This document shows, piece after piece, positions 20,019 to 30,523 of a DNA stretch of 64,000 nucleotides. The stretch comes from Cenarchaeum sp. (GTDB lineage: Archaea; Thermoproteota; Nitrososphaeria; Nitrososphaerales; Nitrosopumilaceae). A model generated the notes under the pieces. The model was not told the DNA's origin. It made no database searches and saw only the letters and a list, made by a program, of their open reading frames with translations. Position 1 is the first letter of the stretch. The number at the start of each line of letters is the position of its first letter. The stretch spans positions 608,001-672,000 of the forward strand of contig CBDESU010000001.1 in the NCBI GenBank assembly GCA_965242695.1. The letters are read 5' to 3'. The position numbers and the translations under genes are program-made.

Positions 20019-23000
20019 CTAGCCCACATTGTCACCCTCGTCATCTTCACTATCACCATCTGTACTGTCATCCTCGGTCCTGATGTCGGGACCGTGCTGG
20101 AAAAGCGGCCCCATGGGGGGCGACCATCTCTCGGGCGGCTCGAACTCGTCGGGAAGTCTGGCGATCAACTTGTCGGTCTCCACACCGATGTGGACGGCCA
20201 TCCGGATTTTGTCCTTTATGTCCGTCCCCGTGCATGGATCATTGACAATTTCACTATTCTTGTCTTTTTTGACCGTGTAGCGATTTATGATCCATTCCAA
20301 TGGAGTCCTGCCATTAACTTTGTATTCAATTGATGGTATGTTCTCAACGAGCAGCGTCTTGTTGTCTACCATTATTGCACTTTTGTCGTCTATATCCATA
20401 ATCCGTCCGCCGTGTCCAAGGCCCTTCTTTTTTCTAAACGAGATTTTCTTGAATTCATTAACCGTTGTTTTTGATTCTAGAGGATAACGCCCCGCATCTT
20501 TGTAGTTAATATGGAGTTCTACCAACTCACTTCCGATTTTGGCGAATGTATGGAAATCCGGGGCAAATGGTATCCTTGGAAATTCTCTTGTTAAATTATT
20601 CGCGTATTTTTTCTTGTATCCAGGATGATGGAACATGGCGTAGATATAGTAAAATATTTGACGAATGGTTATTGACTTGCCGCTGCCTTTGTAGTGATCT
20701 TGAAACGCACCTCTTGTTTCATTTGTTATATTATTGATTTTCTCACTGTTGTTATAGATATATAATGGAAAACATTGGCTATGGTGAACAAGCTCAAGGT
20801 CGGGTGTAATGTCTGTGACGATTGCAGAAAATTCACCCCTAAACTTGTACGGGACGCAGATTACAATGTTTTTAGAATCGTCGTCAGGAAACGCTGGCGG
20901 AACGATGCCGGGCGTGTTGATGTAAACGTCGTCGTAGTACAGATACTGCTCAAAGAATGGCCGATACATCGCAATGCGGACGTTTGATCTGTTGAACCGA
21001 GGCTTTTTGCGCTTCAGGCGATCTTTCAACTCTTTTGTCCATTTGCCCCGTTTCTGGTCGATTTTGGGCTTGTTCGGGTCTTGTGCATTGCAGTAATCGA
21101 TGCACTTCTTCATATTTTTTGCAACTTCCGTCTTGCTAGTGTTGTATGCCCAAGGATCCCTGGAAGTTCCAACGCCACGTGCGTAGTGTTTGAAAATAGC
21201 GTTGCGCCACTTGCCGCTTTTTGCTGATGGGGTGCCAAGAGGAGGGTATTTGTAAAAATCCACGTTGCGGTGATCGAGCCAGTCGTTAAACCCATCAAGC
21301 GTCAATTCTTTCCACTCGTCTATTTTGGCGATCGACACTAGATCGTTAAGATGCCTGCGCTTTTCTGGCCCACTGTACGCAGACTCTGGCAGCGCAAAAT
21401 ACCTGATGGTGCATCCACTTTTTTCCGAGTTTTTGACAAGAATGGCCACTACCGACGAAAGGGTCGTACCTCCTGTGCTTTTTCCAGGATATTCGAATAT
21501 GTTGCGCCCGTCGCCCGGGATGCCCTTTTCTCCTCGCAGGTCGACCAGCCATATCTCGCTAAACTCCTCCGTGAGGCAGGCGCGTATTCCCGATGCGGTG
21601 TCGCGACGCAGGAACCCAGCGTTGGTCACAAATGCGATCACGCCGTCTGCGCCCACCTCGCTGCTGGCCCACCGCAGCGCCCTCACGTACGAGTCTCTGA
21701 AGTAGTTCTTTGCGCCGCGGCCTTGCGTCCTTGCCATGTAGGTTTCGCGCACCTTTGCATCGATTTCGGGATACTCTGGCCTGGACTCGCCCTCGTACAG
21801 CTTTGCGCCCATTGACCACGGGGGGTTTCCCATGACGACCGTTATGGGGGTCTTGCGAAGCCTCTCTATCGCGGCCTGGGTCGACGTGAACAGGCCGTCG
21901 TCCCATTGTGCATCCATCCTCTTTTCGTGGAACGTGTCGGTCAGAAGGAGGCCGCGGAACGGTGCGTACGATCCCCCGCTGCGCTCCATGAACGTCATCT
22001 CGCAGTTGGCCGCGGCCACGTAGTACGCTAGGAGGACGATCTCGCTTGCGTGGATCTCATTCTCGAACTTGTGCGCCAGGTCCCTCTTTTGGACAAGGCG
22101 TAGGTCGTCGCTCAGCAGGCGCGTGACGAACGTCCCCGTGCCGACGAAAGGGTCGATTATGTGGACGTTCTTGCCAGACAGGTGACGCGAAAAGTTTCTA
22201 TAGAGCGCCTCTTCGGCGCTTCGTAGCACAAAGTCAACGATCTCCACGGGCGTGTACACGATACCGAGGCGCGTAGCCGTCCTCTTGAACGCATGCGCAA
22301 AGAACTTGTCGTACAGCTCGTATATTACTTGCTGCTTGGCGGAGTGCCCGCTGATCTCCCTCACTTTGTACTCGACCTCCTTGTAGAAGTCTTCGAGGTC
22401 CGCCAGCTCGCTCTCGAGCCCGTGCTTCTTTAGCGAGTCGATCATCCCGTTCATGGTGTTTGAGATCGGGTTGCTCTTCGTAAACGTGGCGGACTGGAAC
22501 AGCGTGTCAAAGACGCGGCCCATAACCATGTGCTGCGACAGCATGGAGATCGCCTCGTCCTCAGTGATGTAGTCGTTGATTATCTTCCTGAGTCCCTCGT
22601 GGAATGACCCGAAGCTGCGCCGAACGTCCGGGGTCGTCTTGATCAGTTTCCGCATGCGCAGGGTTATGCGCTCGACGATCTTTGCCACGTCGACGGCCCA
22701 TGACTCGAGATACCTCGTGTCGCCCACCTTGTCAGCCAGCCTCGTCCTGATCAGCCTCAGGAGGTCCTCTACGTCCATGCCGTCCTCGTACGTGGAATCC
22801 GACAGGATCGGCGCGCTCGGGCCGCGCGGCTGGCTTTGAATCGTGCCTAGGGGCATTCGCCATACCAGGTTCGGCATCTTGCCGGACACCAGATACTGGT
22901 CGATCCGGTCGTCGTGGGAGCGGAGCGCACGGACCACGTTCCACACCTGCCCGTACTCCTCGTTGCCCTCGAGCGTCATCTGGATCGATGCGCTCTTTTT

Positions 23001-24878
23001 CACCACGACGGGGATCACTATGTAGCCGTACTTCGTGCTCTTGTCCCTCGAGGAGCGCATCACCCTGCCGACCGCCTGGATGATCTCAACGGGCGAGCTT
23101 CTGTTGCCCATGAAGATGACGGCGTCCAGCGTCGGCACGTCTATGCCCTCCGTGAGGCACCGCGCGTTCGTCAGTATGCGGCATTCCGTCGCATCCTTGT
23201 CGCTCTCTTCCAGCCAGACCAGGCGGTTGCGCCTCTCTAGGGCGTTGTGGCGGCCGTCCGTGTGCCACACGGGGAACTTGGAGTCGGCGCCATCGCCTCC
23301 AGCCGCAGATGCGACGCGGGGAAAGCCCTCGTTGAAGTCCACCGACTCCCTTATGCTGTTGCAGAACACGATGGCCCTCTGCAGCGGTATGCTTCGCGGC
23401 CTTGGGCTGGCCGCACCGTCGCCGCCGATGACGATGCCGTCCATTTCGGGGTCGCGCAGCGCGCGCCAGCAGCCGATCATCTTGGCTATTTTTTCTATGT
23501 TGAGCTTGGACGACGGATCCGCTACGTTTGTAAGCGCGACTGCCGCCTCGTCCTCCGTGACGGTCAGTACGACGACGCGGTAGTCCGACAGGAGGCCGTT
23601 TGCGATTGCGGCCGAGAAGCTGAGGCGGTACAGCTCCCTTCCGTACCACTCCTCCCTGTCCATGGAGTATGCCACAAAATCCTTTCCGTACTGCTCGCCC
23701 GCGGCCTTCATCGCCTTTTTGGTCCTGGGCGAGTACACCCTTGGCGTGGCCGTCGTGTACAGGCGTCTCTTTGCCCTGATGAACTTGTCGTCGTGGACGG
23801 CGACAAACGGTGACGTGGCGCCCTTCAGCTGCCCCTGCTTCTTTTTCCCCTCCGTGCCCCTGTGCGTGGCTAGCGGCGCATCTGTTCCCACGCCCACGGT
23901 CCGGTGTGCCTCGTCGCATATGACCAGGTCGAATGCCTCGCCCCAGATCTTCTGGGCCGCCGACACCTCTGCGAGCGACTGGTACGTGGAGAATACGACA
24001 GTGAGCTTTTTCCTCTGCCGGGACTTTAGCTGGCTGGCAATGCGGGTCTTGTCCGTTGTTACGGGTATCTCAAGCTCTGCCAGCGACGCATCCTCGTCGT
24101 TCTGGCCAGTGCGCGTGTCAGAGCAGACGCCGATGTACCTGTGCGGCATGCGCCGCTGTTCTGCCCACTCCCTCATGGTCTGCTGCAGCAGGCTGATCGA
24201 GGGGACGAGGTACAATACCGCCCCCCCCCCCGAGAGCAAATCCTCTGATATGAGGAGTGTGGCAAAGGTCTTGCCCGTGCCGCATGCCATTATGAGCTTC
24301 CCTCGCTTCACGCCGTTGTCCCTGAAGGCGGTCACGACTGCCTTGCGCGCATCCTTCTGGTGAACGGCCGGGGAGTGCTGCTTGGCCGGGCGTATCGGCT
24401 TGGCCAGGTCCGACAGCGCATCCCAGTCGACGTTGCTGTCGTCAAGCTTCTTGTAGTCGATCAACTGGCAGTCGTGCTTGTTGATCTCCGTCTCTTGGTT
24501 CTTGGTGAGACGCTTTCCGGTGTACACGAGTATGGCCTGGCCGTAGGGGGAGTCTTTTCTCGAGGTTGCGACCAAAAACTTGGCGAGGCCTGCCCACGCA
24601 AGCGGCTTGTCCTTGCTGTAGAACTTGCACTGGATTGCGGTGAACGTCCCGTCCTGCTCCCGTGCGACCAGATCGATTCCATAGTCCTGCCCGTCCCGCT
24701 TGGGGTTCCCCTCGTCGTTCCATAGCCAGACGCCCGTGAACCGCTGGCCGCCGTACACGGGATCGTGCATAAAGTACCTCTTCATAACGCGCTCAAAGAG
24801 CTGCCCCTTGCGCGATTTGTCGATGCCGGTCTTTAGGCGGGCGATCGCGTCCGCGAACGCAAACCTGGCTCCTGTCAT
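20019..24878 (-). CDS. Type ISP restriction-modification enzyme (Mrr-like nuclease, SF2 helicase, N6-adenine MTase, TRD)
   Basis: GIDLVA..AIQCKFY; MACGTGKT; DEAH; TATPR; QAVGRVMR; DPFVGTGTF; GNPPW; YRPF in the TRD. LlaGI/LlaBIII architecture, 1619 aa. Confidence 0.92.
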   Translation of the reverse strand: MTGARFAFADAIARLKTGIDKSRKGQLFERVMKRYFMHDPVYGGQRFTGVWLWNDEGNPKRDGQDYGIDLVAREQDGTFTAIQCKFYSKDKPLAWAGLAKFLVATSRKDSPYGQAILVYTGKRLTKNQETEINKHDCQLIDYKKLDDSNVDWDALSDLAKPIRPAKQHSPAVHQKDARKAVVTAFRDNGVKRGKLIMACGTGKTFATLLISEDLLSGGGAVLYLVPSISLLQQTMREWAEQRRMPHRYIGVCSDTRTGQNDEDASLAELEIPVTTDKTRIASQLKSRQRKKLTVVFSTYQSLAEVSAAQKIWGEAFDLVICDEAHRTVGVGTDAPLATHRGTEGKKKQGQLKGATSPFVAVHDDKFIRAKRRLYTTATPRVYSPRTKKAMKAAGEQYGKDFVAYSMDREEWYGRELYRLSFSAAIANGLLSDYRVVVLTVTEDEAAVALTNVADPSSKLNIEKIAKMIGCWRALRDPEMDGIVIGGDGAASPRPRSIPLQRAIVFCNSIRESVDFNEGFPRVASAAGGDGADSKFPVWHTDGRHNALERRNRLVWLEESDKDATECRILTNARCLTEGIDVPTLDAVIFMGNRSSPVEIIQAVGRVMRSSRDKSTKYGYIVIPVVVKKSASIQMTLEGNEEYGQVWNVVRALRSHDDRIDQYLVSGKMPNLVWRMPLGTIQSQPRGPSAPILSDSTYEDGMDVEDLLRLIRTRLADKVGDTRYLESWAVDVAKIVERITLRMRKLIKTTPDVRRSFGSFHEGLRKIINDYITEDEAISMLSQHMVMGRVFDTLFQSATFTKSNPISNTMNGMIDSLKKHGLESELADLEDFYKEVEYKVREISGHSAKQQVIYELYDKFFAHAFKRTATRLGIVYTPVEIVDFVLRSAEEALYRNFSRHLSGKNVHIIDPFVGTGTFVTRLLSDDLRLVQKRDLAHKFENEIHASEIVLLAYYVAAANCEMTFMERSGGSYAPFRGLLLTDTFHEKRMDAQWDDGLFTSTQAAIERLRKTPITVVMGNPPWSMGAKLYEGESRPEYPEIDAKVRETYMARTQGRGAKNYFRDSYVRALRWASSEVGADGVIAFVTNAGFLRRDTASGIRACLTEEFSEIWLVDLRGEKGIPGDGRNIFEYPGKSTGGTTLSSVVAILVKNSEKSGCTIRYFALPESAYSGPEKRRHLNDLVSIAKIDEWKELTLDGFNDWLDHRNVDFYKYPPLGTPSAKSGKWRNAIFKHYARGVGTSRDPWAYNTSKTEVAKNMKKCIDYCNAQDPNKPKIDQKRGKWTKELKDRLKRKKPRFNRSNVRIAMYRPFFEQYLYYDDVYINTPGIVPPAFPDDDSKNIVICVPYKFRGEFSAIVTDITPDLELVHHSQCFPLYIYNNSEKINNITNETRGAFQDHYKGSGKSITIRQIFYYIYAMFHHPGYKKKYANNLTREFPRIPFAPDFHTFAKIGSELVELHINYKDAGRYPLESKTTVNEFKKISFRKKKGLGHGGRIMDIDDKSAIMVDNKTLLVENIPSIEYKVNGRTPLEWIINRYTVKKDKNSEIVNDPCTGTDIKDKIRMAVHIGVETDKLIARLPDEFEPPERWSPPMGPLFQHGPDIRTEDDSTDGDSEDDEGDNVG

Positions 24879-25424
24879 GCAGACACCCCGGAAGCAAGTC
24901 GCATGTGGCTGCGCGCTAGTGCTGCCCGCCGCAGGGGAGTGGACGCGAGTCCGACACTCCTGCGCCGTGCGGGCAGGGCGCGGGTCGGTTCGGGAAGCGG
25001 GGGCGCGTGGGATGCGGGCTGTGTCTGATCCTTTTCCATGGCCGCGGTCGCCGCCCGCCTAGGGCGCATATAATAAAATGACGCTTGCGCGCATCCGCAT
25101 GCTCGGCGTGATGGGCCGGATGCGGCGGGCGTATCGCACGCGCCTGTGGCGCTGCCGGGAGCGGGATCTTGCGCAGGGCGACATGCTCGCTCCGGGCTGG
25201 GGCGCCGCGGTCATGGAGGGTGCCGAACGTCCTGCCTAGCATGCAGTGTGATGCTGATGGCCCTCTCGCCGGGCGCAACGGCGCTAGGCCGCCGAAGGCC
25301 GAAAGACCGAGGGCGGCGCTGTCGGCTGTGACCGCTCCGGTGCCGCCCTAGATGGGCTCCGCCTTGACATGGTTTTGTTCTCCCTTCCGGCAACCTATAT
25401 CCGCACCCCCCCGCGCCGCGGGAC

Positions 25425-26993
25425 ATGGGCGGCGCGAATGCGGACATCGCCGATGCGCTTGCCGGGGCGATATCCAGCGATGTCGTGCGCGGCGACGACG
25501 ATGCCGCCATGTTCTACGCGGCCGATGCGGGCCCCTTCGAGGCGCGCCCGGCGGCAGCGGCCGTCCCCCGCGGAGAGGACGAGGCGGCCGCCGTAGTCCG
25601 CATTGCCGCGGAATGCGGCGTGCCCGTGACGGCGCGCGGTGGCGGGACGGGGCTGGCCGGCGGCGCCGTCGGCGGCGGCGTTGTGCTGGACATGCGGATG
25701 CTCGACGGCGTCGAGATCGACGCAGGCGGCGGCGATTCGATCTCCGTCACTGCCGGCGCCGGCGCCCCAAAGGGGGCGATCGACGAGGTTCTCGCCGCCC
25801 GCGGCGCGTTCCTGGGCCCGAACCCGTCGGTGGGTCCCTACTGCACGGCAGGCGGGATGGTGGCGACAAACGCCGCCGGCAGCCGCTCCCTAAAGTACGG
25901 ATCCGTAATCGACAACCTGCTCGGCGTCAGAATCATCGACGGGCTCGGCCGGACGGCCGACCTGCCGGCCGATGCCGACCTGTCGGGCCGCATCGCGGCG
26001 GCGGCCCGGGGATGCGAGGGCGATCCGGCCGCCGGCTTTCCGGCCGTCGAAAAGAACTCGTGCGGGTACCGCATCGACGCGGTCGGCTCGGCCGCCGATG
26101 CGCACAGGGCGATTGCCGGCTCGGAGGGGACGCTCGGCATCGTCGTGTCGGCCCGCCTGCGCGCATTCGAGCTGCCCGAGTCGAGGCGGCTCTACGTCGT
26201 CGCATGCGGGTCGCATGCCGATGCGGCGGCCGACTGCATTGCGCTGCGCGGCGCGGCCCCGTCTGCGCTAGAGTACGTGGACGGGCGGACGCTGTCGCGG
26301 ATGGGAGGGGGCGCCGGCGGCATGGCCGGCATGCCGGACGGAACAAAGTGCGCCCTGCTCGCCGAGTTTGATGCCCCCGCCAGGGGCGGAGCGAACGCCC
26401 CGCCCGAGGCGTCCCGCATGGGGTCGCTGCGCGGGACCGTAGCCGACTCGACGGAGTCCGAAGCGGACATGCGCAGGTGGTGGCGCCTGCGCGACACGGC
26501 CCTGTCGGCCACGCTGCGCGGCGGGGGCGGGAGGTCGGGGCCGCCGCCGGCGTACGTCGTCGAGGATGCCGCGGTCCCGCCGGGCAGGGTCGGCGACCTT
26601 TTGGCGCTGATAGCCGCCCTCGAGGAGAGGTTCGGGCTGGATGCGACCGTGTACGGTCACATCGGCAGCGGCAACCTGCACGTGCGGCTCTCGGGCGGGG
26701 ACGGGGACGACTTTGGCGGCGTGGGGGACCGGTGGCCCGAGGGCCGCCCGCGCATGCGGCGCATCGCCGAGTGGTACCTCGGCAGGGTCGTCGCGATGGG
26801 AGGGACGATCACGGGCGAGCACGGCGACGGCCTTGCGCGGACGTGGCTCGTCGCCATGCAGTACGGTACGCCTGTACTCCGGCGCTTTGCGGCCCTAAAG
26901 GCCCTGCTCGACCCGCGCGGGATACTAAACCCGGGCAAGGTCGTGCCGGGTGCGGCCGCGCGGCTCGGGCCGGGGCGCGCCGGGCCTTCCTAG
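25425..26993 (+). CDS. FAD-binding oxidoreductase (GlcD/D-lactate dehydrogenase family)
   Basis: ARGGGTGLAGGA, GSEGTLGIV, GHIGSGNLH, GEHGDG, DPRGILNPGK. Confidence 0.9.
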   Translation: MGGANADIADALAGAISSDVVRGDDDAAMFYAADAGPFEARPAAAAVPRGEDEAAAVVRIAAECGVPVTARGGGTGLAGGAVGGGVVLDMRMLDGVEIDAGGGDSISVTAGAGAPKGAIDEVLAARGAFLGPNPSVGPYCTAGGMVATNAAGSRSLKYGSVIDNLLGVRIIDGLGRTADLPADADLSGRIAAAARGCEGDPAAGFPAVEKNSCGYRIDAVGSAADAHRAIAGSEGTLGIVVSARLRAFELPESRRLYVVACGSHADAAADCIALRGAAPSALEYVDGRTLSRMGGGAGGMAGMPDGTKCALLAEFDAPARGGANAPPEASRMGSLRGTVADSTESEADMRRWWRLRDTALSATLRGGGGRSGPPPAYVVEDAAVPPGRVGDLLALIAALEERFGLDATVYGHIGSGNLHVRLSGGDGDDFGGVGDRWPEGRPRMRRIAEWYLGRVVAMGGTITGEHGDGLARTWLVAMQYGTPVLRRFAALKALLDPRGILNPGKVVPGAAARLGPGRAGPS

Positions 26994-27241
26994 AACTTCC
27001 ACTCGTCGGACAGGCCGTTCCACAGGGGGCGGAACACGCTCGGGTCCCTGCCGATCTCGCCCTCGATCCTGTTCTTGAGCGCAAAGAAGAGGTTTTCGAG
27101 CGCGTCGACGCCGCCGTCCTCGAACGCCTCCTTGCCGACCTCTGCAATCCTTTCCTTCTTGGCGGCTGCCTCTGGCGCGCCGGGGCTCTGCAGGCAGAAC
27201 GTCATGAGGTCTACGAGCTCTTCCTCTAGGGCCGCGTCCAT
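26990..27241 (-). CDS. Small hypothetical protein (83 aa)
   Basis: Protein-like composition (IGRDPSVFRPLWNGLSDEWKF); gtaaatag box upstream. Confidence 0.7.
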   Translation of the reverse strand: MDAALEEELVDLMTFCLQSPGAPEAAAKKERIAEVGKEAFEDGGVDALENLFFALKNRIEGEIGRDPSVFRPLWNGLSDEWKF

Positions 27242-27402
27242 GCGGGGGCGCCGATGCAGCGCTATTTACGCCTTTGGCGGTAGCGGCGGGCCGCCGCCCT
27301 GTGCCGGCGCCGGCATGGTTCGATTGGGCGTGCCTGCCTCCCTGCCTGCCTTGCACATGGCCGCACCGGCAGGTTTAAGCGGGGGCCGTCGGGCGCCGTG
27401 GC

Positions 27403-27903
27403 GTGGCAGTGCGGCGCGTGCACTTTGACACGTGGGCGTTCATGGAGGTGCTCCTCGGGGGCAAGTATGCGGACATCTTGGATGATATCATGCGGCGGAG
27501 CGGCCCTGGCTCTTACTCTCTGGTCGCATCCCAGGCGGCGCCGGGCGAGGCCGATGCCGTCATACTGCGGCGCGGGAAGGGTGCCGCCCGGATGCTGCTC
27601 TCGCTTCTCGCGCTGCTCTTCGACCATCGGATCGATCCGAGCAGGTGCATGCCGCCCCTTGATGCCGCCGTACTGGCAATCGTCAACGAACTGATGGATG
27701 TAGTTCCGGCATTGGACATGACCGACAGGATCATACTTGCCCACGCCTTGGCCGACCCCGATTCGGTATTTCTTATAACGGGCGATCGCGCACTGCTTGA
27801 AAACGAGGCGATTAAACACTACGAGGGGAGGCTGCGAGCCCAAGGGCGCCGCAACGCAAAGCTAGAGATTGTCAAGCCGACCGAAACATACCACGTCTCT
27901 TGA
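27403..27903 (+). CDS. PIN-domain (VapC-like) nuclease, copy 1
   Basis: 166 aa; acidic tetrad FDT..GE..DMTDRIILAHA..ITGD; gtttaag TATA. Confidence 0.85.
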   Translation: MAVRRVHFDTWAFMEVLLGGKYADILDDIMRRSGPGSYSLVASQAAPGEADAVILRRGKGAARMLLSLLALLFDHRIDPSRCMPPLDAAVLAIVNELMDVVPALDMTDRIILAHALADPDSVFLITGDRALLENEAIKHYEGRLRAQGRRNAKLEIVKPTETYHVS

Positions 27904-27962
27904 TCTCGTCGAACGCATCGTCGACGACCTCGGGGTCACGCCGCGTCAGTTCTAGCGTCCTA

Positions 27963-29589
27963 TACATAATCCACGAGGGGTTGTGGAAAAAAGCTGACCT
28001 CGTGTGAAAGATTGTTGACAACGTGGGTCAACACCCCCGTCGGCGCATGCGGGTCATGCCAAGGAAAGCAGAGGCACCAAAGGGCGGGGCGTTCCTTCCG
28101 GAGACAAGCGCCGAGGAGCTGCTCACCATGTCAAAGAGTGCCACAAACGGGATCGATGCGATAAGGTACATGGCCATGCACATGAGGAAGATCGGCTGGG
28201 AGATCGACCAGATTGCCGAGGGCTTGGGGCGCAGCCCCGAGACGATCAGGAGATGGCTCACGCGGGCGCACAGGGAGGGCATCGGCGGTGTGCCCCACGT
28301 CAAGAAGGGGACGCTCTGCCGGCTGTCCGTCGAGGAGCGCGGCGAGCTGGCCTGCGACATCGCGACAACGCGCCCGATCGACCACGGCCTTGTGGGCACC
28401 GCATGGGACTACAAGACCGTCCAGATCCACATCAAGAACAAGTTCAAGAGGGAGTACACGTACAACGGCACGCACCGGCTTCTCCAGAGGATGGGCATCC
28501 GCCCGATGGCGCCCCGCCCCGTCCATCCCGACGGCCTCGGCGAGGAGGAGCAGTACGAGTACAAGCGCGCAATGCGGGCCCGCGCCCAGTCGCTCCACAG
28601 GCAGGGCTTCAAGGCGCAGGGCGGCGCCGACGAGGTGCACATCGCCGTCGACGAGCGGCCCACCAAGGGGCTCGGGATGAAGGGAGGCCGTCCCGTGTCC
28701 GTGCCGTCGTCGGTGGCAATGGGCCGCCTTACGTGCTTTGTGGCCCTCTTTGACGGCGCCCTGTACATAATGCGGGCCAAAAAGAACGCCAACACCGACG
28801 AGTTCATAAGGTTCTGCAACATGCTGTTGGAGATCGAGGGCATGGTGCTGCTCTGGGTCGACAACGTAAGGTACCACAAGTCAAAGCGCTTTGAAAAGTA
28901 CCTCGAGGACAACCGCGACCGCCTGCGCGTGTTCTACCTGCCCGAGTACACGTCGCCCCTGGCCGTCGCCGAGACCGAGATGGGCCCCATCAAAAAGGCC
29001 GCCGCCAAGAGGTCGCCAAAGGACAGGGAAGATGTGTGGAAGGCCCTGTGCGAGGCGGCCGCTGCGGATGACCTGCCCGTCAAGCAGCTGTACGGATGGA
29101 TGCGCATCTACGACCCCGATCCCGGTCCGACGGCGATGGCCCCCAAGTACGAGTACGACGGCGACCTGCTCATCGTCAGGTCGGACGCGCCGCCCGAACC
29201 GGCGCCCAAGCGGGGCAGGATCAAGTCGGCGTCTGGCGACGACGGCATCCTGACGTTCGAAGAGTTCAAAAAGATCCCGAAAAGCGTGTTTGACTCCGAC
29301 GGCAACATGCTCAAGCCCTTCCTGATGCTTCCAACAGGAGCGCTGCGCAACATGGCGCCTGGCCTCTACACCCCGTAACGCGCGACGGCCAATCAAGAAT
29401 GCGCGCTGCCGGATGCCTGCCGCCGGCAGCGTTCCCTGTTCCGCAATTGAGCCGTCCGTATGTGCACAACAAAGGTGCGGCAGGACATATCGCTTCCAAC
29501 ATGAGTCGCATTTCTGGACTTGATATTTTTACCCCCTTTCCCATTTTCCACCAATAAAGAAATACCCACATTGGCTCATGGATTACGTA
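27963..29589 (+). mobile_element. IS630-family insertion sequence (1627 bp)
   Basis: TA duplication (27961-27962 / 29590-29591); imperfect terminal IRs TACATAATCCACGAG / TACGTAATCCATGAG extending to about 24 bp; empty site visible in paralogous units. Confidence 0.93.
28056..29378 (+). CDS. IS630-family transposase with C-terminal extension
   Basis: HTH (IAEGLGRSPETIRRWL), AWDY, ADE, WVDNVRYHKS and YLPEYTSPLAVAE DDE motifs. Confidence 0.9.
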   Translation: MPRKAEAPKGGAFLPETSAEELLTMSKSATNGIDAIRYMAMHMRKIGWEIDQIAEGLGRSPETIRRWLTRAHREGIGGVPHVKKGTLCRLSVEERGELACDIATTRPIDHGLVGTAWDYKTVQIHIKNKFKREYTYNGTHRLLQRMGIRPMAPRPVHPDGLGEEEQYEYKRAMRARAQSLHRQGFKAQGGADEVHIAVDERPTKGLGMKGGRPVSVPSSVAMGRLTCFVALFDGALYIMRAKKNANTDEFIRFCNMLLEIEGMVLLWVDNVRYHKSKRFEKYLEDNRDRLRVFYLPEYTSPLAVAETEMGPIKKAAAKRSPKDREDVWKALCEAAAADDLPVKQLYGWMRIYDPDPGPTAMAPKYEYDGDLLIVRSDAPPEPAPKRGRIKSASGDDGILTFEEFKKIPKSVFDSDGNMLKPFLMLPTGALRNMAPGLYTP

Positions 29590-30523
29590 TAGCTTTCAAT
29601 CCTTCCATACTCCAACCGCCGGTCACCCTCAGTGCAAGCATCGTGTTTGCAGCGTCCAGCCACGCCTTGCTCCTGCCCTCGACCATGCCCAGGAACTCGC
29701 CCTCCCTGAACGATCCGGGCAGGACGGGCTCGGCCGCGGCGTACACGGCGCTGTCCTCGTCGGACAGACGGTAGATGGCGTCGGCCATCTCGTACGCCGC
29801 CGGCCCGCCGTTTATGTAAATGTCAAAGTCGAACCCCATGTCCAGCCCAAAGTACAGGGCCATGTAGGCGTACTGCTGCACCCTGTCGACGACGGCCAGC
29901 CCCTCCCTGCCGGGCGCGAGCGGGGGGCCAAACTCCATCAGGCCCCTCGACGCCAGGTACTTTATGAACCGGGCAAGCGGCGGCAGCATCTCGTCGCGTG
30001 CGCTCCTGCCGATCATGTCGAGGCGCTCCTCGCGCGACTTTTGGGGCGGATTCATGAGGCGCTCGGGCAGCGCAACCGCAAGGGCCATGCCGGCGCCCGA
30101 CGCGCAGGGCCCAATAAGCCTTTGCGTGCGGGCCGCGCGGGATCCTGCGCCCGAAAGGGCGGGCGGCGCGCCATTTCACCGTCTCCGCGATCCTGCGCGG
30201 GCGGTCGCGCCGCCCCCGACCGGGACACTAGACATAGCAAGCGAGCCGTCCAGTGCGGGGTGGCGCAGGCTGCGCTCAGGCCGCCGCCGTTCATGCGGCC
30301 CCATCTGGTTGGGCTGCCCGCCGCCGCCCTCTGTTCTGCGGCGGCGGCAGCGCCCGCGGCCCCGCCGTCGATCGACGACATGGCCATGGAGCTTGTGTGA
30401 GAGGAGGGTCGGAACCGCCGCGCTGCGCGCCGTGAAAGGCGCCGTGTGGGCGAATGGACCCGTGGGATGCCGCCGCGCGCGGGGCACCGGCAGGTTTAAG
30501 CGAGGGCCGCCGGGCGCCGGTAC

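Larger units (their letters stand above)
27872..30088 (-). pseudogene. SocA/Panacea(DUF4065)/YwgA-like partner, copy 1, interrupted by IS630
   Basis: Removing the IS and one TA restores a 588-bp ORF, the same length as copies 4 and 5. Confidence 0.85.

Noticed and set aside
24880-25420. ORFs or ncRNA between the Type ISP and oxidoreductase genes
   Set aside because: No supportable protein or RNA family signal
30089-30523. Third gene or attC-like cassette site in the array spacers
   Set aside because: No ORF or long palindrome is conserved across the four spacers, and no integrase is nearby
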